Positions 27,684 to 36,476 of a DNA stretch of 64,000 nt are shown one piece after another. The first letter of the stretch is position 1. The number at the start of each line of letters is the position of its first letter. Position numbers and translations under genes: made by a program. The notes beneath the pieces were generated by a model. That model was not told the DNA's origin, made no database searches, and saw nothing but the letters and a program-made list of their open reading frames with translations. The DNA is from an uncultured virus (IMG/VR IMGVR_UViG_3300042879_004569) (Duplodnaviria > Heunggongvirae > Uroviricota > Caudoviricetes): the IMG/VR virus record IMGVR_UViG_3300042879_004569; one strand, written 5' to 3'.

Positions 27684-28736
27684 ATGCCGTACGGTTCTTT
27701 AAAAATTGATCGTATTATCTTTACCAGGGGCGGAACAGATTATTCAATTACTGTTTCTGGTTTAGCAGAAGCGACAACAGGAAGCACTACTTACACCGGA
27801 AACGTCTCCGGCCAGATCGCAAATTTTATTGATGTTAATAGCACAAGCACAATATCTGGTAATTTAATCACTGGTAATACTGTTCAATTTACAAATATTA
27901 CCGGGGTATCGGGAACATTTACAAGCCGACTTTCTGGAAACACCGTAACAGGAGATACGCTATTAATTTCTAACGCAACTGGAGTTTCTGGCACGTTCAC
28001 AACACATATTTCTGGCGCAACAGTAACCGGAAATACGGCACAATTCACAACATTAACCGGTGGTACAGGTGTTTTCACATCTACACTTTCTGGTTTGTTG
28101 ATCACGGGTAATACCGGTCAATTTACAAACATTACCGGCGTAAGTGGCGTACTTTCATTTGTTACCGGAACCACGGGGCAATTTGGAACGATTACTGTCA
28201 GCACAGGCACATTTACTGCTTTTCTTTCCGGCGCTACTGTTACAGGTAACACAGGTCAATTTACAACACTTACAGGAAATGGAGCAGGTTTTACTACGCT
28301 TACAGGGACCACTACTTCAGGCGCAACGGCAAATTTTGTAAGCGGTGTTTATAGCAAAGGAATTGGAATTGGGCAGACAGCTGTTAGTACAATTACTGGT
28401 GTTAATTCCTTTTTAGATCTAAATGGAATTTATGTTCAAAATGTGTCCGCAGTAGCCGCATTAAATATTGATTGCAGCAGCGGAAACTATTATACAAAAA
28501 CAATTACAAGCAATAGCACTTTCACAGTTAGCAATGTCCCAGTCTCTGGAAGAAGCTATGCATTCACAATTGAATTAACAGTCACCTCTGGAAACGTAAC
28601 TTGGTTCGGCAACGTACAATGGCCTGGGGGCACAGCGCCGACTTTAATCACAGGGCGCACCCACTTGGTTTCTTTTATTACTGATGACGGAGGCAGCCGC
28701 TGGCGCGGTTCAAGCCTGACAAATTACACGACATAA
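27684..28736 (+). CDS. tail fibre protein with Thr/Gly repeats
   Basis: Repeated SG.T(V/I)TGNTGQFT.(L/I)TG; C-terminal V.WPGGTAPTL domain. Confidence 0.72.
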   Translation: MPYGSLKIDRIIFTRGGTDYSITVSGLAEATTGSTTYTGNVSGQIANFIDVNSTSTISGNLITGNTVQFTNITGVSGTFTSRLSGNTVTGDTLLISNATGVSGTFTTHISGATVTGNTAQFTTLTGGTGVFTSTLSGLLITGNTGQFTNITGVSGVLSFVTGTTGQFGTITVSTGTFTAFLSGATVTGNTGQFTTLTGNGAGFTTLTGTTTSGATANFVSGVYSKGIGIGQTAVSTITGVNSFLDLNGIYVQNVSAVAALNIDCSSGNYYTKTITSNSTFTVSNVPVSGRSYAFTIELTVTSGNVTWFGNVQWPGGTAPTLITGRTHLVSFITDDGGSRWRGSSLTNYTT

Positions 28737-28737
28737 T

Positions 28738-30207
28738 ATGAACCCGATTACAGCACAGTTTGTTTTTAATTCGTCTGAATCACCCAAAAACTTCTTTTTT
28801 AGCCTTGTCGGAAGACCAGATCCGACAACCGCTCCAAATTTTGCGGGTTACTTTGCGGTTAATTCAGTTGCTATAGGACCAAATGGAAATATAGTTCATG
28901 CTGGTGGTGTTTATCCAAATGCAGGAGGACAGTCTGCCGGTTATGTTTATAACAACAGAAACGATGGCAGCGTTAATTGGCAACGAGTATTAAGTACAAC
29001 TTTCACAGAACCCTTGCAGTTTCAGCAGGTATCTATTGATAGCGCCAACAATGTGTATATCGCTGGATCGCTTGGCTATGTAAATGCAAGTGGATTTGGT
29101 GGTACTGAACTTTGTTTTTATAAATACGATTCAAATGGAACTTTACAATTTCAACGCAGCCTTAGAGACACAACTTTTTTTGATGGACAAAGCCCAACTA
29201 TTACTCCTTGGAATTCCAAAATAGATAAAAACGACAATATTTATGTAGTTGGAGATATTTTAACAATTAACACAACTGATTTTACAAGGGCTCTTGTTTT
29301 AAAATACAATACCGCTGGCGTCCTTCAATGGCAAAGAACAATCAGGGGCCAGGGAACAACTTCTCAAGAATGTGCTGCGTATTGTCTTACGATTGATACC
29401 AGTGGAGACGTATACGTGGGAGGAAAATATGCTACTGCGGGTTTTGATACTATCGGGTATATTACCAAATACAATACAAGCGGAACAATTCAGTGGCAAC
29501 GATATCTATATGACACGCCTGGGGTTTACGGTGATGTATCAGCCATGACCAATGATGCTCAAAACAATATCATTGTTGGCATGATTAACTATAGCGATCG
29601 AATGCATGTAGTTAAATATAATTCTGCGGGAACTCTTCTTTGGTCTAGAAAGTTAACAGCGCCCGCTTTTAGCGTGGGATCTGGAGAATATCCCGTGGTC
29701 ACTGTTGGCGCAATAACCTGCATTACCGGAGATGGATCCACGATTGTAGTTGGAAATGTCGGTTATTCAACCCCTGGGGCCAGTGGATTAGCTGAAGATA
29801 ACTATACTTGGACGGCCAAATATAGCGCAAATGGAGTTTTAGAGTACCAACGTTCTATAAAAACGTACGCAAACGCAAGTGGCTGGGATACATTCACGTA
29901 TGACGCAGTTTTAGACCCAAGCAGCAATGTAATTTATCATGTGACAGATATAAGTCTTGATGATTTAGCAACAAATTACAGTAGTCTTTTAAAAGGGTTA
30001 AGAACAAACGGAGGCAATCTGGGCACTTTCCCTCTTATCACCAGCAATATTACTGTTACAATAGCAACAGGCGTATTTACAGAGGCCACGGGGGCGATAA
30101 CAGCCGGAACTGTTACACTTACCGGATTAACACCTACTTACACAACAGGAACCACAACCCTTGGAACCGGGTTTGCCTCTGGGACAACTTCTTTAACTGT
30201 GTTATAA
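28738..30207 (+). CDS. beta-propeller repeat protein (putative receptor binding)
   Basis: Repeated KY(N/D)..G.LQWQR and D...NVY..G blades. Confidence 0.72.
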   Translation: MNPITAQFVFNSSESPKNFFFSLVGRPDPTTAPNFAGYFAVNSVAIGPNGNIVHAGGVYPNAGGQSAGYVYNNRNDGSVNWQRVLSTTFTEPLQFQQVSIDSANNVYIAGSLGYVNASGFGGTELCFYKYDSNGTLQFQRSLRDTTFFDGQSPTITPWNSKIDKNDNIYVVGDILTINTTDFTRALVLKYNTAGVLQWQRTIRGQGTTSQECAAYCLTIDTSGDVYVGGKYATAGFDTIGYITKYNTSGTIQWQRYLYDTPGVYGDVSAMTNDAQNNIIVGMINYSDRMHVVKYNSAGTLLWSRKLTAPAFSVGSGEYPVVTVGAITCITGDGSTIVVGNVGYSTPGASGLAEDNYTWTAKYSANGVLEYQRSIKTYANASGWDTFTYDAVLDPSSNVIYHVTDISLDDLATNYSSLLKGLRTNGGNLGTFPLITSNITVTIATGVFTEATGAITAGTVTLTGLTPTYTTGTTTLGTGFASGTTSLTVL

Positions 30208-30211
30208 ATAC

Positions 30212-30655
30212 ATGGCTTACGCAAGAATTGAAAATAATGAAATTGTTGAATACCCGTTGTATAGCACGGATATTCAACTTAGATTTCCTGAAACAAGTTT
30301 TTCTGTTCCATTCAGTCCCCCTGAAGGTTTTATTGAAGTACTTGATTCAGCGCCGCCCGAAATTAATATTTACAAACAAAGAGTCGAAGAAGACTGGCCT
30401 GAATTTAAAAATAATTTTTATCACCGAACCTGGAAAGTTATTGAGCTATCAGAAAAAGAAATTAATTTTAAAACGCAATCTTTGATTACTGAAATCAAAG
30501 GCAAGCGAACAAGATTATTGATGAATTCCGATTGGACTCAATTACCAGATGCGCCAGTAGATCAGGCAGCCTGGGCCGAATACCGCCAAAAACTTAGAAA
30601 TTTAACACTTCAAGAAGGCTTTCCCTTTGATTTTGAATGGCCTGAAGCCCCATAA
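30212..30655 (+). CDS. tail fibre assembly chaperone-like protein
   Basis: R..LL..SDWTQLPDAP.....WAEYRQKLR.L.....FP....WP..P. Confidence 0.82.
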   Translation: MAYARIENNEIVEYPLYSTDIQLRFPETSFSVPFSPPEGFIEVLDSAPPEINIYKQRVEEDWPEFKNNFYHRTWKVIELSEKEINFKTQSLITEIKGKRTRLLMNSDWTQLPDAPVDQAAWAEYRQKLRNLTLQEGFPFDFEWPEAP

Positions 30656-30698
30656 AGAATAGCCATTTTATAGTAGAAAAAAGCTTTGATTTATAAAT

Positions 30699-31934
30699 AT
30701 GACATATTCGTACGGGGAGGCACGATTTGACACAATAACTTTTACCAACTCTGGCGTTAATCAATCCGTCAACGTTTCCGGTTTTGTACGAAACCCGATC
30801 ATCAGTGGAAACATGAATGTTACCGGTACTATTACCGGAACAACTATTACAGGCACAACGGCAAACGTAACCACAATCAACGCGGTTACTGGTAACTACA
30901 CCACCAGGGTTTCTGGCGACACTGTTACAGGTAACACCGGACAATTCACAACCTTAACCGGTGATACAGCAGGCTTTACAACAGTCACCGGAACCACAAT
31001 AACGGGAACTACCGTTAATGCCGCAATTGGAAATATTTCCACAGTCACTGGCGTTTCCGGTACATTCACGACACGCTTGTCTGGTGCAACAATTACGGGT
31101 GACAACGGTCAATATGCCAACATTACAGGTGTTTCTGGTGTTTTTACCGCGAATCTTTCCGGAACAGTAATCACAGGAAATACCGGAAGATTCACCGATG
31201 TAACAGGTGTCGATATTGTTGGCACGACCGAAGTCAGTGGATTGGTAGTCACCGGTAATACGGGTCGTTTTACAACTGTCACGGGCGACACAGCAACGTT
31301 TACAACCAGTGTCTCCGGCACCACAATCACTGGAAACACTGGGCGGTTCACAACGTTAACCGGGGGTACAGCAGGTTTTACTACTGTTACAGGCACAACA
31401 GTTACCGGAGTTGCCGGATTGTTTACCGCTATAACGGGACAAACGGTATCAGGTGTGTTATTGCATACCTTAAGTGGAGTTACATTTCCCGCTGCAGAGA
31501 CATCCTCGGCAAACGCAAATACGTTAGATGATTACGAAGAAGGAACTTTCACTCCAAGAATCATCGGTACAACTGCATCTGGTACTGGAACGTACAGTGT
31601 ACAAGTTGGAAGGTACACAAAAGTGGGAGACACTGTTTTTATCTTGGCCATTCTTGTTTGGAGCGCCCATACAGGCACTGGAAATATGAGGGTTGGTAAT
31701 TTTCCGTTTGTAACAGATCCAACTGCAAATAATGTGCCGCCTGTAAATGTTGTTTGTAACAACATGACCACAACATCTGGTCATTTAGTACAAGCATTAA
31801 TTGCAGCTGGTACAACCTATGCAGATCTTTATTCCACTTTAGTTACAGGCGTTGCACAGACTTTAGTTGCTAAAGCAATTGATACAGCCGCCTCTCTGTA
31901 TGTCCAGTGTTTTTATGAAGCTTCAGGATTCTAA
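30699..31934 (+). CDS. second tail fibre protein with Thr/Gly repeats
   Basis: Same repeats as 27684-28736; C-terminal ANTLDDYEEGTFTP...GRYTKVG domain. Confidence 0.75.
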   Translation: MTYSYGEARFDTITFTNSGVNQSVNVSGFVRNPIISGNMNVTGTITGTTITGTTANVTTINAVTGNYTTRVSGDTVTGNTGQFTTLTGDTAGFTTVTGTTITGTTVNAAIGNISTVTGVSGTFTTRLSGATITGDNGQYANITGVSGVFTANLSGTVITGNTGRFTDVTGVDIVGTTEVSGLVVTGNTGRFTTVTGDTATFTTSVSGTTITGNTGRFTTLTGGTAGFTTVTGTTVTGVAGLFTAITGQTVSGVLLHTLSGVTFPAAETSSANANTLDDYEEGTFTPRIIGTTASGTGTYSVQVGRYTKVGDTVFILAILVWSAHTGTGNMRVGNFPFVTDPTANNVPPVNVVCNNMTTTSGHLVQALIAAGTTYADLYSTLVTGVAQTLVAKAIDTAASLYVQCFYEASGF

Positions 31935-31959
31935 ACTAGAAAAATAACTAAAATTTAAA

Positions 31960-32232
31960 ATGGCAACTTTCACCGAGCGTCACGAGCACCAAGTTCAAGT
32001 TCTTCCACCTTTCTATATTCTGCAATGCCGACGTTCGGATATTGTCGAGAAAGATGGAGTAGAGATTTCTCGTACATACATCCGCCACGTAAAAGCTCCA
32101 GGTGACGACATGACCGATGAATGTCATGAAATGAAAAAAATTGCTGAGGCGTTATGGACGCCAGAAGTAATCAGTGCTTATAAAGCTTACATAGAAGAAA
32201 AGCCTTCGGCAATTGACGCTTTGTTTGGTTAA
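31960..32232 (+). CDS. conserved small protein following tail fibre
   Basis: DGVEISR..IRHV..PG.D...E....IAEALWTPEV. Confidence 0.65.
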   Translation: MATFTERHEHQVQVLPPFYILQCRRSDIVEKDGVEISRTYIRHVKAPGDDMTDECHEMKKIAEALWTPEVISAYKAYIEEKPSAIDALFG

Positions 32233-32283
32233 TTAAATTAAAACAAGTAATTTATAGTAGTAGAGAAGAGATATTTAAAATAA

Positions 32284-33306
32284 ATGACAATTAATCTTTT
32301 AGATGCCGCCACGTATTTCCGTGGTCTTGATGGTCAAGTAAAGGCTTTTCGCTGGTTGAATTCAATCCTGACAGAAGAACAAAAAGAAGAGTTTGCCAAG
32401 CAGTACCGAGAAGACCAACTGTCTCAAGCCAAGCCTGATATTAATACCTGGAATGGTGTTTTACTGAAAGCTAAAGAAGCAGGGGCAAAGTTTCCTGAAG
32501 TTGTAGCCGCTCAATGGGCCTTAGAAAGCTCATGGGGCAAAGCTTTTTCAGGTAAGTGGAATGCTTTCGGATTGAAAGGTAATGGCACCAGTGCCGGAAC
32601 CAAGGAATTCATTAATGGTAAATGGGTAGAAATTACTGCTGGTTTTCTTGATTTTCCTGATCTAGAAACAGCTATTCAATATTTAATTGACCGGTGGTAC
32701 AAAGACTTCGAAACTTATAAGGGCGTCAACCGCGCCAAAAATCGCAATGAATGCGCCGAGCTTTTGGTGACAGAAAAATATGCAACAGATCCAGGGTACG
32801 CAACTAAATTAATTCAGATCATGGATCGCCAGATTGGAACAACAACTAGCGTAACAAATAAAAAAGATCCGGTTGCTGCCGCAAGGCCTTTCACTCCTAA
32901 AAGTCCTTTTGAATACAAGATTACTCCTAATATTGCTTATGGGGAACTGTGTTTGAATCAGGAAGGACGGCGCTTTACTTCTCAGCACCAATGTGAAACA
33001 GCAATTGAACTTTGCCGATTCCTTGAAAAAGCAAGAACTGCTTTTGGAAATAAGCCACTTATCATAACTAGTGGACACAGGCCACCGTCCATTAATAAAG
33101 CAGTTGGCGGAGCCAGTGGATCTGAGCATTTATATAGTGTTGCAAATGAAGGCGCTGTTGATTTTTATGTGAAGGGCGCGGATATTTATGAAGTTCAAAA
33201 ATATTGCGACAAAAATTGGCCTTATTCTGTGGGATACGGCGCTCAAAAAGGATTTGTACATTTAGGTATTAGACGCACAAAACAACGCATCAGGTGGGAC
33301 TATTGA
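32284..33306 (+). CDS. endolysin: GH73 glucosaminidase plus peptidase M15
   Basis: AAQWALESSWG..NAFGLKG, YATDPGY; ITSGHRP...N..VGGASGSEH...AVDF...FVHLG. Confidence 0.88.
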   Translation: MTINLLDAATYFRGLDGQVKAFRWLNSILTEEQKEEFAKQYREDQLSQAKPDINTWNGVLLKAKEAGAKFPEVVAAQWALESSWGKAFSGKWNAFGLKGNGTSAGTKEFINGKWVEITAGFLDFPDLETAIQYLIDRWYKDFETYKGVNRAKNRNECAELLVTEKYATDPGYATKLIQIMDRQIGTTTSVTNKKDPVAAARPFTPKSPFEYKITPNIAYGELCLNQEGRRFTSQHQCETAIELCRFLEKARTAFGNKPLIITSGHRPPSINKAVGGASGSEHLYSVANEGAVDFYVKGADIYEVQKYCDKNWPYSVGYGAQKGFVHLGIRRTKQRIRWDY

Positions 33307-33309
33307 AAA

Positions 33310-33468
33310 ATGAAAATAAAAAAGGACCCATTTATTAGGGTCCATATATGTTGGGAAGTTGGAGAAGAAAGGAAGTGTGCAACTATTTCTAAAGAAGAAG
33401 CGTATACAACGCGTAATTGGGTGGAAAAAAATAAAGGAGTTGTTTGGTGGTTTCAAGCAGTTAATTAA
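33310..33468 (+). CDS. small hypothetical protein (52 aa)
   Basis: ATG 3 nt after endolysin stop; MKIKKDPFIRVHICWE... Confidence 0.5.
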   Translation: MKIKKDPFIRVHICWEVGEERKCATISKEEAYTTRNWVEKNKGVVWWFQAVN

Positions 33469-33629
33469 CGCTGCTTCGCCCGACCAATAACAAGCGCACC
33501 AATTTCAATTAAACGATAAGCCTTTCGAACAAACGCATCGTCTTTTGGTGTAGGAGTCAAAGCGCAAATAGCGGAACAAGCTGCGTGAACAGCAAGAGCG
33601 ACTTCCAAATACTCATTAAGTTTGTGCAT
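33465..33629 (-). CDS. holin-like small membrane protein (54 aa)
   Basis: GGAGG SD; hydrophobic helix followed by LTPTPKDD; adjacent to endolysin. Confidence 0.55.
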   Translation of the reverse strand: MHKLNEYLEVALAVHAACSAICALTPTPKDDAFVRKAYRLIEIGALVIGRAKQR

Positions 33630-33646
33630 AAAACCTCCGGTTTTTA

Positions 33647-34087
33647 TTATTCTAATACTGGTTTTTTGTGAATAAAAACACTTTTAAATTCAGGTGCGGT
33701 TGAAATTGTGTAGTCACGCAAATGACGAGCCAACCACTTATACCAAATCAGAAACTGACGATCTGGATCTGCTGATTCACATCTAAAAGTAATTAAATCG
33801 TAATCAGGTATTTCCTTGAGCCATGCTTTTAATTGCTTCATTGTATAAGCATGTGCAACAATCCCTACTTTACCGGTCAAATATAAACTCAAACGACGCG
33901 CTGATCTTGATTTTCTTTTGTTCATCCAATCGTTTATTTGTCTTTTCGAATGGGATATCGCCATTGAAGCGAGCCAGATACACACTCCGCGATCCTTCAG
34001 GAAAGGAATCAAACGAATCTTCAAAAAAGATTGATTGCTCAACCGGATTACTTTTACTCTCTTCTTTCTCTTGGCTCTCAAAGACAT
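33647..34087 (-). CDS. hypothetical protein
   Basis: 146-aa ORF. Confidence 0.5.
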   Translation of the reverse strand: MSLRAKRKKRVKVIRLSNQSFLKIRLIPFLKDRGVCIWLASMAISHSKRQINDWMNKRKSRSARRLSLYLTGKVGIVAHAYTMKQLKAWLKEIPDYDLITFRCESADPDRQFLIWYKWLARHLRDYTISTAPEFKSVFIHKKPVLE

Positions 34088-34092
34088 TCATT

Positions 34093-35040
34093 TTACGGAA
34101 TAGTGGTTAAAGGAATAAATAACTCCGGGAAAGGACTTTGATCCCCAAATTCGTTTCTCCAAGAATCCTGCCATTCTAATAAAGAATGTTCATGATCTTG
34201 TTTTTGTAAATCATAATTCTCTCCAATATCAATTAAGATCGTATTTTTAGGATCTTCCCCAGCAGGAAAAGGATCTCCAATATACCAAGTTGCGGGATCT
34301 GGGATAACAACAGTAATTAAATCATTGATCGTTGCCTCTGTTTCCGTAAAGGCATTAAATCCAGTCGGCAAAGTAAAATTGACAACAAATACAGGGCCGA
34401 TGTCTACAGTATTTGTAGAATCAAGACCATCTTCCAAAGCAATCTTGTCGTCTGACAGGTCTTCAAGCAAGAGATATAATTCATCAGCAGAAAACTCAAC
34501 TACTAATCCAACGTAATAATCAATAGGCTCATTTCTTGTTGTAGAAATACAAATTAAATATGTCCCAGGATTTAAAGGAAAATAGCGAGAATCATTTAAC
34601 TGAACGCGATTAGTAGTAAATAAGTTATACAAAGCAGACTGCGATCCCATTGCATGTCCGACATACGGATAGTAAACTCGATCTTTTTCATCAAAAAGAA
34701 AATCCCCTGGAATACTATCCGCTTCAAATAAATCACGCCCTTCGATTGGAGTTATATTTACATTAAAAATAGAAGTGTTGATATATTGAGATCTTTCACC
34801 TGCTTTTGTAATAATAATCCAGCCATAATCAAGTAGATTTACAGAAAACCAATGATTATAAGTACCTCCGCCAAAACCACCATTCGAAGTTTGGTTCGTA
34901 TCTTTATACCCAACAACTTCATTTTTTGGCCCCAAAGAACCGCGCAAATACCGCAATGAAGTGGAGTCAAACGAACCCAAATTCAATGGGTTGTTCTGAG
35001 TTCTTTGACGTTGTGGTGTAGCAGAACCAGAGCGAGACAT
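34093..35040 (-). CDS. hypothetical protein, possibly structural
   Basis: 315-aa beta-rich ORF (LNPGTYLICIS). Confidence 0.6.
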   Translation of the reverse strand: MSRSGSATPQRQRTQNNPLNLGSFDSTSLRYLRGSLGPKNEVVGYKDTNQTSNGGFGGGTYNHWFSVNLLDYGWIIITKAGERSQYINTSIFNVNITPIEGRDLFEADSIPGDFLFDEKDRVYYPYVGHAMGSQSALYNLFTTNRVQLNDSRYFPLNPGTYLICISTTRNEPIDYYVGLVVEFSADELYLLLEDLSDDKIALEDGLDSTNTVDIGPVFVVNFTLPTGFNAFTETEATINDLITVVIPDPATWYIGDPFPAGEDPKNTILIDIGENYDLQKQDHEHSLLEWQDSWRNEFGDQSPFPELFIPLTTIP

Positions 35041-35078
35041 TATATTTAAACCTTTCCTCTATTGTAAATCTCTTGGAT

Positions 35079-35750
35079 TTACGCTTCATGTTCTTCCGGT
35101 GGATCATTTGCTTCCATAGGATGAGCAATGGTGTGTTTGTACTCCGCCCGAACATAGTTCTCTGTCTTGTCCTGTGCTGAAAGCTTTGCATACTGCATCA
35201 ACTTTTCAGCTTTAAAGTCAACCTCAAAGGGAATTATTTTTTCAGGAAGAATGATTCGATTCCAAGTGGAGATTAAATGAAGAGGATTGCAACAGTTTTT
35301 ATTTTTACAAATCCTTGTTACAACCATTGATCCCACATCCCCCCAGGCGCACTGATAAATTGCTTTGTGAAAAGTAACATTCTCAGATTTCTGGTTGGCA
35401 TAAAATGAACGATAAGAAGCAATGCAAATACGCTTTGAAGCAGAGCGCGTCTCCCAGCAATCTTCAAAATTTGTTATTTGGATTTTCTTCCAGAGTGAAG
35501 CGTATTTATGTTTGTAATTAGGATGTAAGTAATTAACATCAAAGCCGCAAACATTGTTTTTAATTTTTTGAACGCAAAAATAACACCAATGTGAATCCAC
35601 GTCACGAATCACATGACCGTGACCACACGGGTATCCCCGGTAATAACCTTTCTTTTCAAGCAGCTTATCGCTTAAAGATTCAATGTTTTGGATGTAACGA
35701 AAATTAGTTTGAACCGCAAGTTTTTTAACTTGGCTGCCGAGGTTTGCCAT
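35079..35750 (-). CDS. Zn-finger plus degenerate HNH-like protein
   Basis: PCGHGH...CYFC; CWE...CKNKNCCNPLHL. Confidence 0.65.
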   Translation of the reverse strand: MANLGSQVKKLAVQTNFRYIQNIESLSDKLLEKKGYYRGYPCGHGHVIRDVDSHWCYFCVQKIKNNVCGFDVNYLHPNYKHKYASLWKKIQITNFEDCWETRSASKRICIASYRSFYANQKSENVTFHKAIYQCAWGDVGSMVVTRICKNKNCCNPLHLISTWNRIILPEKIIPFEVDFKAEKLMQYAKLSAQDKTENYVRAEYKHTIAHPMEANDPPEEHEA

Positions 35751-35754
35751 GAAT

Positions 35755-36126
35755 TTAAAAATCAGTGTGTAGTTTGGAATCTCTGCGGTATTTGTTCGGC
35801 GCACGGTTTGAATGCGATTTCCGTTGCGTCAAGAACAAAACCTGCCGGTTGTCTTTTGTCTCATTACCAGACTCATGTAAGACATCTGAATCTTCTGGAT
35901 CTTGCCTGTGTCTTAGGTAATACACCAACCTATGGGCCTGGTACTGGTCCCCGTCAAATCTCACCAAGTAGAACCCGGTCGATGGAACGTGCTTCCCAGC
36001 CATCTCCCCCTCCTTCCGCCAGCCGTTCGTTTCCCTCCACTGCAGACCACTGGAATAACGGTCAGACAGCTCCAAGAGAGCTTCTATCCGCCATAGAGGA
36101 GGCATACGCTTGTACTGCCTGGCCAT
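35755..36126 (-). CDS. HNH-like protein
   Basis: SGLQW...GEMAG....G.Y.V...G..Y.AHRLVYYL...DVLH.....KDNR. Confidence 0.65.
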   Translation of the reverse strand: MARQYKRMPPLWRIEALLELSDRYSSGLQWRETNGWRKEGEMAGKHVPSTGFYLVRFDGDQYQAHRLVYYLRHRQDPEDSDVLHESGNETKDNRQVLFLTQRKSHSNRAPNKYRRDSKLHTDF

Positions 36127-36129
36127 AAA

Positions 36130-36395
36130 CCCCGATCTCAGGTGGGTGGAAAATCCGATAATACAGTGTTTTTATCTTTTATAAGATCCAAATGACACTT
36201 TTCGACAAAGTGTCATTATTTGCGTCAGCTGTCCCAAATGAGACTCATAAAGAAACCATAAGGATAACAACCGTCTCATATGCGTCTCAAAACGGACAAA
36301 TAATTACACTGTTCACCAAAGTGTCATTTGCGTCACGTAAAAGTTAAATATGCGGTATTATCGGATTTTGCGCCCTGCAGGCCCGGTGATCGGGG
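36130..36395. repeat. long imperfect nested inverted repeat, candidate replication origin
   Basis: 36130-36137/36388-36395, 36150-36164/36355-36369 and 36189-36201/36318-36330 are exact reverse complements. Confidence 0.8.
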
Positions 36396-36434
36396 CACAA
36401 AAGGGACTCAGTATGAGACTCATGTGAGATCAAT

Positions 36435-36458
36435 AAAAAATCCCCCTTTTCAGGGGGA
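36435..36458 (-). terminator. intrinsic terminator
   Basis: TCCCCCT-GAAA-AGGGGGA plus T-run after the glycosyltransferase gene. Confidence 0.82.
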
Positions 36459-36476
36459 CATATGAACTATCCGATC

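Noticed and set aside
27684..31440. Tandem DNA repeats as CRISPR array or DGR template/variable repeats
   Set aside because: Repeats are in-frame peptide repeats with synonymous variation; no spacers, cas genes or reverse transcriptase seen
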